Source: Octopus vulgaris (taxonomy: Eukaryota). Taken from it: a stretch of DNA of 64,000 bases. The stretch's first letter is position 1; each line of letters starts with the position of its first letter. The notes under the pieces are model-generated. The model saw only the letters and a list, made by a program, of their open reading frames with translations, did no database searches and was not told the origin of the DNA. The position numbers were made by a program, and so were the translations under genes. The stretch is taken from contig OX597819.1 in NCBI GenBank assembly GCA_951406725.2, positions 29,326,001-29,390,000 on the forward strand, read 5' to 3'. This document shows positions 39,129-50,562 of this stretch, piece after piece.

Positions 39129-39376
39129 ATGTAAGACCAAGCGTAACCAAAAGTATCAGTGGGGAGGCGGGGCTCATGGGGTCCGAGCTAAACCCGCACC
39201 CACTCCACCCGTAATGTCTTCCGGTCTGTTACATCATTCGATTTCTGTCCATTTATTGTAATTTCATGAAAATTTTTAAATTCGTTTTATTGTAAAAACC
39301 CATTTGTGTGTCTGACCCCATCAGCAGATTGTATTGTCCCATCTATGTTCGCTCCTTGTGGGTAATAATAAAACAG

Positions 39377-39690
39377 CATGGAGGAAAGCACCATTGAAAA
39401 GTGTCTTGGTGCAACTATGAAAGGTATCTAATCAGAGACGGTAAATTCGCCACAATAGAAGCAAGGTTTGAGTCAACGGAGCATGCAAGGGAGTACTCGA
39501 CTCGAACTTACAAAGTGGAAATATTTTATTTTTACCTTTATATCTGGGGCGTAGGACGTCCCGCAAAAAATTTTTTTAATGCCCCCCCCCCTCCCCGAAG
39601 TAGAGGTAGGCTGGATTGTAGCCACACTTCTATACAAGAGGGAGGACAAGATACAATTGATCGAAATTACAAGAGACGGGATAACAATTC
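39377..39690 (+). pseudogene. Right part of the older Tx1-like ORF1 relic
   Basis: Frameshifted pieces MEESTIEKCLGATMKGI / DGKFATIEARFESTEHARE / ILFLPLYLGRRTS / PEVEVGWIVATLLYKREDKIQLIEIT align with IEFCLKPIMDKI / KRYGTVEVRFTTEEIAK / VLLPLYRGKRTS / PEADAECLVAAVMVGLEEKINILQAT. Confidence 0.8.
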
Positions 39691-39870
39691 CAGTCTGTTA
39701 TATATTTTGAGTATTGTTATCACCAGCGATATCAAGATATAACTTTGTATTTTGTATTTTATGTGTAGATGTATATATATAGATGTACATGTAATATGTA
39801 CACATATATATACACATATATACATGCACTAGCACTATGACCCGGCAACGACGGGTCTTTAATGCTAGTA

Positions 39871-40050
39871 TAGATATATAATTGAAAAAATTGAAATCAG
39901 CAAGAAGAGGTACAGTTGGACATTTATTTCTAATCACAACAATTGTTTCCGCGCAACATAGTTCTCCATTACATGGAAACAATTGTAGTGATTAAAAATA
40001 AATGTTCAACCGTACCCCTTCTTGTTGACTCCAATTTTTTCAGTTACCTA
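39871..40050. repeat. Foldback MITE with ~75-bp inverted arms
   Basis: aattgaaaaaattgaaatcagcaagaag..acaattgtttcc pairs with ggaaacaattgt..cttcttgttgactccaattttttcagtt. Confidence 0.75.
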
Positions 40051-40184
40051 TTCACACACGACAGATGCCAAAATGCATAATACTACTACTGGATAGCACA
40101 GGGTAAATCTGAAGGTGGATGAGTTTTATACTGTACTCTACTATGTTTGTAACAGAATATACCATAACTATATATATATATAGA

Positions 40185-40753
40185 TGAGCAAAACGCCCCG
40201 TCCAATGGAAGGTGCTGGTTTAAACATTTAATGTCTGGTTTAAACATTTAAACCAAATTTTCTCAAAACAACTTGTCCAACCGTCCCATAGGCCTCCCCT
40301 TTGAGAAACACTGATTTAACCTAAATTTCAGACACCAGCAAAAGAAGAAATAAAGATAGATGTTTTTCTATTCCAAAGAAAAATGATTTTATTCACACAA
40401 ATATGTAACCGAAGAGTTTAAAGTACCAGTAATGATAAGGCTGTTGACTGGGAGAACACAAACATGGTTTAAACAGTAAGCTTGGCAGGAAAGAAGCATG
40501 CCTTTCAGCAGTACAAAAACAACAAATAATGGAAGGTGCAGTTATGTACAGGTTGACGGAAGAAAAGTAGGACAAAAACGGCTTTATCGATCGCATTCTC
40601 ACCTGGAATTGATTTTTGTAATTTTTTCAAGACTTATACACACTCTGATACTGTCGGTATCTACATATCAAATTTGAGCACAATCGGATGGAGGATGCCC
40701 GAGATCCTAGAAGCCAGACAGACAGACAGACAGAACGGATTTTATATAATAGA
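40185..40753 (-). mobile_element. Non-autonomous Helitron-like element (3' end degenerate near 40185, or extending to 39829)
   Basis: Minus strand starts A|TCTATTATATAAAATCCGTT(CTGT)n. A degenerate hairpin followed by CTCA occurs near 40185-40212. Confidence 0.55.
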
Positions 40754-41329
40754 TAATGATGGTGATGTGTGTGCATGTGTTTGTGAATATGTGAGAGAGA
40801 TCTGAGGCTAATCTACTGGCAATAAAGTTAAGTTTATTCGCATCAAGAATGCCAGTTGACCAAAGGCTATTGAGCTCATTCTTCCTACATAAGATTGCTA
40901 CTTTCTTTTATTGCTTCATATTGGTTTCATTTAATGTCTCATGTAGAAAGAAAATCTCAAAGCACATCTGTTACTTTAAAGAATTAACATTAGAAAGAAG
41001 TGAGAGCATAGTGTAAGAGTCCGTATGGGTTTCCCTATCTTTTTCTGCATGTATACCTTCTAAAATATTCCATTTTTTTCAAGCAGTGTCTCAGACAGAT
41101 GCAATGGAATTAACGTAGTATACTTAAGACCTGGTAGCAGTCAACCAGAGCTATAGTAGTTAATCTGACTCAACTGTATCGTTCTGTAGATGCTTTGTGC
41201 CTGCATTCTAACACATTTCTAATGAAAACTTCTGGCATAACTGTGTGGTTAAGATGTTTGTTTTGGAACAACTTCTTTTCAGATTAATTCTAATTTGTGG
41301 CATCTAGGCCAAGAACATTCTGCAATGAC

Positions 41330-41934
41330 AGGTACAGGTGTGGCTGTGTGGTAAGAAGCTTGATTCCCAACCATGTGGTTCCAGGTTCAGTCCCACTGCA
41401 TGGCACTTCGGGCAAGTGTCCTCAACTATAAACCTGGGTTGACCAAAGCCTTGTGAGTGGATTTGGTGGACAGAAACTGAAAGAAGCCAGTTGTATGTGT
41501 ATATATGTATATATATAACTATGTGTGTGTGTATGTGTGTGTGTATTTGTGTCTGTGTTTGTCCCTCCACCATGGCTTGACAATCAGTTCTGGTGCATTT
41601 ACATCCCCCATAACTTAGAGACTAACAGAATAAATGCCAGGCTTAAAGAAAAAAAAGGTACTTGGGGTGATACATTCGACAAAAGATTCTTCAAGGTGGT
41701 GCCCCTGCATGGCCACAGACTGATGACTGAAACAAGTAAAAGATAAACGATAAATTATTTCTTAGTGACTAAGACGTAGGGGTGGCTGTGTGGTAAGTAG
41801 CTTGCTTATGAACCACATGGTTCCGGGTTCAGTCCCACTGCGTGGCATCTTGGGCAAGTGTTTTCTACTATAGCTTCGGGCTGACCAAAGCCTAGTGAGT
41901 GGATTTGGTAGATGGAAACTGAAAGAAGCCCATC

Positions 41935-41992
<58 letters not shown>

Positions 41993-42052
41993 TTTTATGT
42001 GTATATGTTTGTGTGTCTGTGTTTGTCCCCCCAACATCGCTTGACAACCGAT
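41330..42052 (+). mobile_element. Two adjacent SINE family A copies
   Basis: Heads at ~41335 and ~41778; the second is truncated at a family C head fragment (42053-42113, minus). Confidence 0.8.
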
Positions 42053-42366
42053 TGAACCTGCAAACCCTCAACCGAGAGTCCGCTGCTCTAACCACTAGGC
42101 CATGTGCCTCCACAGTTGAGCAATTGGCATTGATGTAATCGACAAGCCTCCTCCCCTAAAATTTCAGATCTTGTGTTAAAGCTCATTGGAGGGAACATTC
42201 CTATTTTTCTGTAACAGATTTAAGCCATTGCCCAGTTTAACACCACTCTCTGGCCTTTGTGTTCTTTAGCAAAGTCTACTCTGTTGTATTTATTCAGGCT
42301 GGGTCTCCAATTTGAGAGCAACTTCTATTTACTTCTCTTGGAGACTCTGTAAAAGGATCATCAATA

Positions 42367-42597
42367 CTTATTTCTTTACTACCCACAAGGGGCTAAACAT
42401 AGAGTGGACAAACAAGGACAGACAAGGGGATTAAGTCGATTACATCGACCCCAGTGCGTAACTAGTACTTAATCTATTGACCCTGAAAGGATGAAAGGCA
42501 AAGTCGACCTCAGCAGAATTTGAACTCAGAACGTAACGGCAGACGAAATACCGCTAAGCATTTCGCTCGGCGTGCTAACGTGTCTGCCAACTCGCTA
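42367..42597 (-). mobile_element. SINE family B copy
   Basis: Full-length; flanked by atcaatact duplication. Confidence 0.85.
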
Positions 42598-44795
42598 CTC
42601 ATCAATACTGCCATTCCTCTTCTAGTTGATTAATAAAGATAAGAGTCAATGGTGAACCCCTACATTTTCATTCAACCTAGTAGAAATAACAGCTAAATCT
42701 CTATTAAAACATACCCCACATTCTTAGAAAGAAAGGCACACTGGCAATATTTTCCATGTTACATAATGCCTAGAAAAGTATGGAATGGTCACAGTTGGAA
42801 AGCTTTTGCTCAATCAGGGCTGACCTGGAGGCTAAACAACAACTCATACTCTCTCTCCTTCTCCCTCTCCCCTTCCATCTCTCTCTCCCTCCCCCTGTCT
42901 TTTAATGAAGTAATACTTTGTTAATTATCAATTATTACTTTTTATACCATATTACAATTATAATAATGACATCAAAGCTTTGAAGGCTGCATAAATATCA
43001 TCACCAGCTCTGTAAATGAGGACCTGAAATATATTTATTTCCCCATTGTATAGCTAAATGTAAAAGCATACAATATTATAATTATTTACATGAATATTTT
43101 TTTTTAAATAAGCATTTTAAAACTTGATTGCTAATAAATAAACATCTAATGAAACTTGTGTAATAATTCTCTAATTAGCCTTTAATCTTAAATTTAATTT
43201 AAACTAGTTTTGTGCAAAACCAAGCCATATAGTTTTCTGAAAATTTTAACCCAATATCTGTGATGCCGGTGTTGTAAAACGTATATTTTTTTTTTATCTT
43301 TCTATGAAAACCAAAAGCCAGGACTCATTCTTGATAAATTTTGCGAAGAATAACATCATACTACAAATTCAAGATTTTTTTGTAAATATCAACAGCTACC
43401 ATCTACAATACTGGTTCACAGTATCTTCAGCATGTGTATGTTTATTATTTGAAGCCTATTGCTACCACAGAAGTTATACATCCTGTTCCCTTTGAAAATA
43501 CAAATCTCTCACCCCTTACCTCTTAAAGCTCACCTCTGTTATCCTGGTTCTATATTCTAACTTTGCACTGAAACTGAAAGGTGACATCTGTGTAAATGAA
43601 GAATCCATTCTCCACATCATTTACCTCAATATCAGCAACAAAGGTTTCCAGTTATTCTGGTTCAACCTCTGCCTTCCTTATTCCTCTAAATTCCTTTGCC
43701 ACCTCTATCACACTGAATTCCTCTAAGCACCACCACATACACCACCACCACCACCACCACCAATAACCGTTTAACTAACTTTCATCCTGCATTGAGAATA
43801 TGTATCTTGCATTAGTTCACTTTGAAGTAAATGTCCTCAGTGACTTCAATGCTCACAACTCTTCCTGTCTCTCACACTCCTCTCACACTGACACTACTAG
43901 GGCAGATGGTGAATCTTTTCCCATTCAGTAATATCATCTAACTGTTAGTATCATCATCTCATGTTATTTTTCGATATACACAGACACTGCAAAATGCTTG
44001 ATCTCTTTCCCACCCCTAAACCTAGCTGCTACCAAGCCAGTGCCATCTCTGCTCCTAATACATCACATACACCCTGCCTAATCAAGGCTACCCAATTTGA
44101 ATTTACAAACTGTGGGATACCAACACTTCATGTCAGTTAATTAATCAGAGCTCCACCAGTATTACATTATCATTGGTCAAATATGCATCAGCCCTGCAAG
44201 CTCTCCCATCAATCAAACTACAATCAGTTCTTTTGGTCTGTTGACAAGAGAGTCTTTATCAAATTTGTGGAAATGTTTCAACTCAATATTCCTCAACCTA
44301 AATAAGCAGCACTCCTCTTGAGAAAGCTCCCACAATAACTACTCACTTTATTTCCAGCTCTACAACACACAAAACTTTCCATCTATACTTCCCATTTTCA
44401 CCACTATAGACATACCCATCAGATATATAACACTTTTGTTTCCTTTAAACCAGAGCTTATCAACCATTTTTTTTTATCTATAGATCCCTTTGATTGCTAT
44501 TTTATTCTGGTGGACCCCCATAGCCATTTGATACTTAAAAACTAGTTTTATAGACCCTTCTTTTAAAATTCTTATTTTGCTTATCACATATTCACTTGTG
44601 TAGGTTGAATTCTGTAAGACATCAGAGAAAGAAACCTAGCTTTTTCTTGCAATAAATAATCTAAAGCAGAAGTTTTTCATGGACCCATGAAATATTATTG
44701 TGAACCTAATTTACTATCTTGCTTGCGTTGACCCCCAAAACCTTACATGGATCCCAAGGGGTCATATGAGCTTTGATTGAGAACTGCAAGGATCT

Positions 44796-45604
44796 AGTGT
44801 GTTTGGCTGCCAGTATCAATTGTTTGAATTCATTTCATATTCAGTGTAATGATATACTTTTATAGGCTGGAGAATGACATGCAAACCAATTTTGCTATAA
44901 ATCAATAAATAAAGAGATATTAGTAATTAAAGTTTGAAAATTTTAGATAATTTTAGCCAATTGTTAGCCACAGATATATTCATGCCTGTTTCCAGTGGAG
45001 CATGAGAACTCGTTTGTCTGCAAGAAAGCACTTGTTGACAAATATATTGAAACCACTTGTTGATGGTGTGTTCTACTGTTTTAAATATCTGGAAATTCTA
45101 CCTATCTGTTGAAAATTGAACATGTAAATTTATTGTGATTTGTTTGAGAAACTGATTGAATGCATTTCTAACTTTTGTTTTCAATGAACTGGTCAATAAA
45201 ATGTTTGTGTTTTAAAAATATCTAATTTGTAATGTGCTATTTATGTGTTGTTTACTTGTTTCTTTTTGTCATTGAGGTGTGCTAAAAAATAACAGCTAAA
45301 TAACGTTTTTGGATAAATCTTTTAAGTTCATGCTATCGCAATGCTTAAAACAACAAAAGTTATGTTTTTACTCTTTCTTGACAACACATACTATTTTCAG
45401 GATGTTGATGACAAAATGTGCAGTCATGCATAAAATGACAGCTTCCAAATCCTGTTTTTTGACTGGGTGAAAATGATCAAAAATATTTTTCTGGAAAAAG
45501 TGAAATAACTCCAGCAATTCAGCTTGGAAAAGTATATTAATGTACAAAATTTTAAAATTTTCAATAAACTTTAATTTTTGAAATACTGGCAGCCAAACTC
45601 ACTG
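44796..45604. mobile_element. Non-autonomous DNA transposon with 22-bp TIRs
   Basis: TAGTGTGTTTGGCTGCCAGTAT .. ATACTGGCAGCCAAACTCACTG. Confidence 0.7.
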
Positions 45605-46528
45605 TTGCCTTAAACAAAAAAGTCCATATATTCCTTGCATAGCTCCAAAAGCTGTGCTCAATAGCTAGTGCATATATTTGCCAACCCTTAAATACCAACC
45701 ATCAGAGCTAGCCCATATATTTACCAATAACTTCAATTTTTCTTTTCTCTACAGAATCCATGGAAATATTCCACAGTGAGTTCCACCCTTAAGACAAGTT
45801 CATGACATGACCAATTATCAACCTAGTGCTTTCACTTCCAAATGTCAATAGTGATGAAAACAACTTCAAAAGAATAAGCCTCTCCACCACCTTGTATCTC
45901 CACCCCTCTTAGTAGTCTTTAATATGTCCTCCATAGAGCAGATCTAATGGGAACTCTGCCTTGTCACTCACTGTTCCTTACATTTGTAAAGTTCAATAAA
46001 GGCTATTTTTCTACAACACTGTATTTTAGCAAAGCAGCTGAAAGCATGCAGCACAATAATTTTATTATAGCTAAATTGTCCATGTATTGGCTTCATCTCT
46101 CCTTCATTTCTTTGACTGGAGGCTTTCTGTCAGATCATGCTATCAGTAGAAGGCACATGTAGAGGTGGGTCTCACTGATTCACAGTTTTGGTTACGTCAC
46201 TCCACCAACTCTTCCTCCTCTTGTACATTAACCCACTTGCTGTCATCTTTCAGACTGCTTGCACCTATGACACCTTTCTTCACTCCTCTCCACCATCCAA
46301 ATACAGACATCATTCACACACAACCCAGCCACCACTTCATGTCAAACTGCACTGTCTCCTTAAACAGATATATTGAAAACATTCTCAATGGAGATGACAA
46401 AACAATCACTAGACATATATCATAGGAATAATCTTAGGCCATGCGATTTCTGGTCTTGGGCAGCAAACCTAAAAACTTCTCAAAGTCGCTTCACAATCTA
46501 TGATGAGCACTCATGGCAATCTCACATC

Positions 46529-46736
46529 TCTTTTACTCTTTGACTTGTTTCAGTTATTTGACTGTGGCCATGCTGGAGCTCTGCCTTTAGATGAAATCGA
46601 CCCCAGGACTTATTCTTTGTAAGCCTAGTACTTATTCTATCGGTCTCTTTTGCCGAACTGCTAAGTAATGGGAACATAAACACACCAGCATTGGTTATCA
46701 AGTGATGTTGGGGGACAAAATTAGACACACAAACAT

Positions 46737-46773
<37 letters not shown>

Positions 46774-47138
46774 TATAGTTAGTTAATCCAAACAAGAAAG
46801 CACAAAAAAAAACACAACAATGCGAGGACGTGGAACAAATATAGTATTATTGGACGCTCAGGAAAGAAGGAGGGTTTAACGTTTCGAGCGGAGCTCTTCG
46901 TCGGAAACATAGGAGAAGGAAAGATCCAGAGAAGGGAAGACAGAGGGAAAAAAATCACCAACGGTACACACGAGGTCACAGGCTTCTTTCAGTTTCCGTC
47001 AACCAAATCCACTCACAAAGCTTTGGTTGGCCCAAGGCTATAGTAGAAGACACTTGCCCAAGGTGCCACGCAGTGGGACTGAACCCAGAACCATGTGGTT
47101 CGTAAGCAAGCTACTTACCACACAGCCACTCCTGCACC
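46529..47138 (-). mobile_element. SINE family A copy with Penelope-like insert
   Basis: Both SINE halves flank 46778-46980. Confidence 0.8.
46778..46980 (-). mobile_element. Penelope-like pLTR fragment with variant minimal hammerhead (46874-46908), inserted in a SINE (TA)n tract
   Basis: Minus strand gttt-CCGACGA-a-gagc-tcc-gctc-GAAACGTTA-aac. Core has C in place of the conserved U. Confidence 0.6.
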
Positions 47139-48191
47139 ATCTTTAGCAAAACCAAAACTGAAACCCCAAAAACTGGCTTTCCTCTTCAGGTTCAGAAAAT
47201 ACTTCAGCCTCAAGTAGCTAATGACTCTTTTCCAGAGCTCAACTGAGACCCGCAATTGAATACTAGTCACATATTTGAGACAGTGCTACTGTTGTTGTTG
47301 TTATATGTAAAAGCATTGAAGATCACATCCAAAACAAAGTTATCTTGCTGACTGGCAAAGAATTCACTTATCAACACACTCCAGCATCTGGTCCAGACAC
47401 ATTATCTCCTCATGTACCTCTTCTACAATAGTCTCTGCTCCCTCAGAGCTAGTTAGTTATTTACAATTTCCATCTGTATCTCCACTACTTGTCTCTCATT
47501 TTATGACCCGTGCTCATTCCTTCCTCCAAGGTCTCCACTAACCATTATCTCATTTCCTTCCCCCAGAAGATCAATTGTGTAGAATCTCCTCCTACCACAT
47601 TTTTCCTTGCAGACAATGACTGACTGACAGATGTTCAGATCAAACATTAACCCTATCGATCTCATTAGTCTTGGATGATTTATGAATGTCATGGGTGTAT
47701 CTTCTTTCTCTTGACTAAATCATTGAAAATGAATGAATGAGAACTTTAATATAAACTTGTTAAACAAAAACGAAATAACTGGGTATTTTATTTTCTCTTA
47801 TTCTTTTTTTTTTTTTCATAAAGACCAGCATCAGTTGTTTTACTTCTGTTACTGACTGTTCATTCCAAATGATGACATAAGTAAAACAGTTTAAACAAAA
47901 AAGAAATCAGATGATAGGCTAAACTTTTTTTCTAAAATATTACATTTATTTTATATTACAAACAGAAAACTCAATTGCAAACAATAAAATTGTTGCTCAC
48001 AAGTTTTCAGCAGGCCAATCACTGATTCACTGTATATTTCATGGTGCTAAGAGTGTCAAGAATCTATTTAAAGTGATGCAGAACAAACATCTTGAGACAT
48101 TTTATTCATAAAGCACCTTTCTAGTGGTTTTATCACAAATATTTACATTCTACTGCATTATAAATCAGACTGAGATATACATACATACACA

Positions 48192-48246
<55 letters not shown>

Positions 48247-48284
48247 TATGTATGTATGTACATAATGTACAAACATGTACATAC

Positions 48285-48946
48285 AGGCATAGGTGTGCTG
48301 TGTGGTAAGTAGCTTGCTTATGAACCACATGGTTCCGGGTTCAGTCCCACTGCATGGCACCTTGGGCAAGTGCCTTCTACTATAGCCTCGGGTTAACCAA
48401 AGCTTTGTGAGTGGATTTGGTAGGCGGAAACTGAAAGAAGCCTGCCGTGTATATATATATATATATATATCACGTAAAATGCACCAATCCGACCATGGCC
48501 GTTGCCAGCCTCGCCTGGCACCTGTGCAGGTGGCACGTAAAAAGCACCCACTACACTCACGGAGTGGTTGGCGTTAGGAAGGGCATCCAGCTGTAGAAAC
48601 ATTGCCAAATAAGACTGGAGCCTGGTGCAGCCTTCTGGCTTCCCAGATCCCCGGTCAAACCGTCCAACGCATGCTAGCATGGAGAACTGACGTTAAACGA
48701 TGATGATGATGATGATGATATGCTTTCGTGTGTATATGTTTGTGTGTCTGTGTTTGCCTCCCCAACCCAAATCGCTTGGCAACCGATGCTGGTGTGTTTA
48801 CGCCCCCGTAACTTAGCAGTTTGGCAAAAGAGACTGATAGAATAAGTACTAGGCTTACAAAGAACAAATCCTGTGGTCGATTTGCTCGACTAAAGGTGGT
48901 GCTCCAGCATGTCAACAGTCATATGACTAAAACAAGTAAAAGAGTA
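48285..48946 (+). mobile_element. SINE family A copy with RTE 3'UTR insert (48471-48718)
   Basis: Insert sits in the internal (TA)n and ends in (GAT)n. Confidence 0.8.
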
Positions 48947-49620
48947 ATACACAACTGTATCATTCATCTCAAGAAACAATCACATATAGATAGTTATACA
49001 AGATGCTTTTAACAAGATGAATACTACAGTTATAGCTTTCTACAGTGTATCTACATTAAGATATACAGAATGCTATTTTGAAGTAATAGTGCTTCTATCG
49101 CTAGTGAAAAACATACATGCATGCACACACATTTAGTGACCATACTAATACCAGTGGCACAAAACAAAAAAAAAAAGGTGGGGGGTGAAGAACAAACTTT
49201 AAAGTAATTGGCATAAGGAAGGGAACCCAGCCATAGAAATAATACTAAAACCAACTCGGGAGTCTGACACACCTTTGGTTCTCACTGGATTTTATCAAAC
49301 CATTAAAACCATGCCAGTATGGTTAAATGATGATGATGATGATTAACAAATATACAAATATATATTAGGCACAAACAGATCTTGTATATACCAAATTTCA
49401 TTCACAAGATATTGGTCAACCTGAGACCGTGGTACCACAAAGTGGGATTCAGCTCAGACGTATATAATTGTAAAGTAAAATTCTATTCTGAAACCACACA
49501 GCCATAACTGTGCATATAGATAGGATTTAAATCAGTGGTTTTCAACCATGGTCTATTTGGTCCTTGGGGGCCCATATAAGGTTTAGTTGTTAAAAATTAT
49601 GTGCAGTAAATTGGTTAAGG

Positions 49621-49937
49621 ACCCCCTTCAATCACAAATGACCATAGGATTGCACCTAGGACGTTCCCCTCCAAGGCATATGTCTGGGCAAGGTTGTTTA
49701 TGGAAGACCAGCAGTCACTCATGCATACCAGCCTCTCCTCTCCACACCAACAATATTGTCCAAGAGAAAGACAAAGGCTAATACAGATTGGCACCAGTGA
49801 CATCGCAACTGATTCCTACAGCTGAGTGAAATGAAGTATCCTGCTCAAATACATGACACACAGCCTGGTCCAGGAATCAAACTCACTACCTCAGGATTGT
49901 GAGCCTGACGCTCTAAACACTGAGCCATGCACTTCAC
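49621..49937 (-). mobile_element. SINE family D copy
   Basis: Head GTGAAGTGCATGGCTCAGTG; nested in a hAT-like MITE. Confidence 0.7.
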
Positions 49938-50186
49938 AGCAACAAAAAAAATCCCATTATATTTTTATAATTAAATATTAGGAATTGTATGGAAAATAAT
50001 TATTAAAATATTTTGTGTATTGTTAAAGTAAATTGGTTATAATTCTACAACACACAAAATATTTTGATAATTATTTCTCATACAATTCCTAATAATATTT
50101 AATAATGAAAATATAATGGGATATTTTAAAATGCCAAATGGCTATGGGTGTCCACTTGAGTAACATAGGAATCAAAGGTGTCCATG

Positions 50187-50462
50187 TGGAGGCACATGGC
50201 CTAGTAATTAGAGCAGCGGACTCGCAGTCAAGGGATCGCGTGTATTTATGAGCAAAACACCTAAGCTCCACGCGGCTCCAGCAGAAGGTAATGGCGAAAC
50301 TTCTGCTGACTCTTTCGCCACAACTTTCTCTCACTCTTTCCTCCTGCATCTTGCAGCTCACCTGCGACGGACCGGCGTCCCGTCCAGGTGGGGAACCTAT
50401 GTGCCAAGAAACCGGGAAACCGACCCTTATGAGCCAGACATGGCTCAAGAAGGAACAAAAAA
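50187..50462 (+). mobile_element. SINE family C, tail type 2
   Basis: Same head and body as 14008, different tail after CTTTCTCTCACTCT. Confidence 0.75.
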
Positions 50463-50515
50463 AAAAGGGGGGTGATCCATAGGTAAAAAATGGTTGCGAA
50501 TCACTGATTTGGATG

Positions 50516-50562
<47 letters not shown>

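Larger units (their letters stand above)
34167..39373 (+). mobile_element. Full-length Tx1-clade (L1 superfamily) non-LTR retrotransposon with 3 frameshift lesions
   Basis: 5'UTR, ORF1 with CCHC knuckle, ORF2 APE-RT-Zn finger, 3'UTR ending TAATAATAAAA. Imperfect TSD: aaca-catggcggaaagc (34150-34166) and aacagcatggaggaaagc (39372-39389). Confidence 0.92.
33470..39868 (+). mobile_element. Non-autonomous Helitron bracketing the ORF1 relic and the Tx1 insertion
   Basis: 5' end A|TCTTTATATATATAAAACTGAG with a (TCTG)n run. 3' end GACCCG-gcaacga-CGGGTC hairpin then CTAG|T. Internal ~148-bp duplication (33522/33671). That these two ends belong to one element is inference. Confidence 0.6.
43390..47650 (+). 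mobile_element. Highly decayed CR1/L2-group LINE with nested insertions
   Basis: VLSDFNAHNSSCLSHSSHTD endonuclease motif at ~43832; RT relics (PTLFLL.IN..AYDT-like) at ~46200-46270; pyrimidine-rich strand. Confidence 0.55.
49533..50506. mobile_element. hAT-like MITE with nested SINEs and an internal palindrome (relative at 44451-44786)
   Basis: CAGTGGTTTTCAACCAT..ATGGTTGCGAATCACTG; TSD atttaaat/atttggat. Confidence 0.65.
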
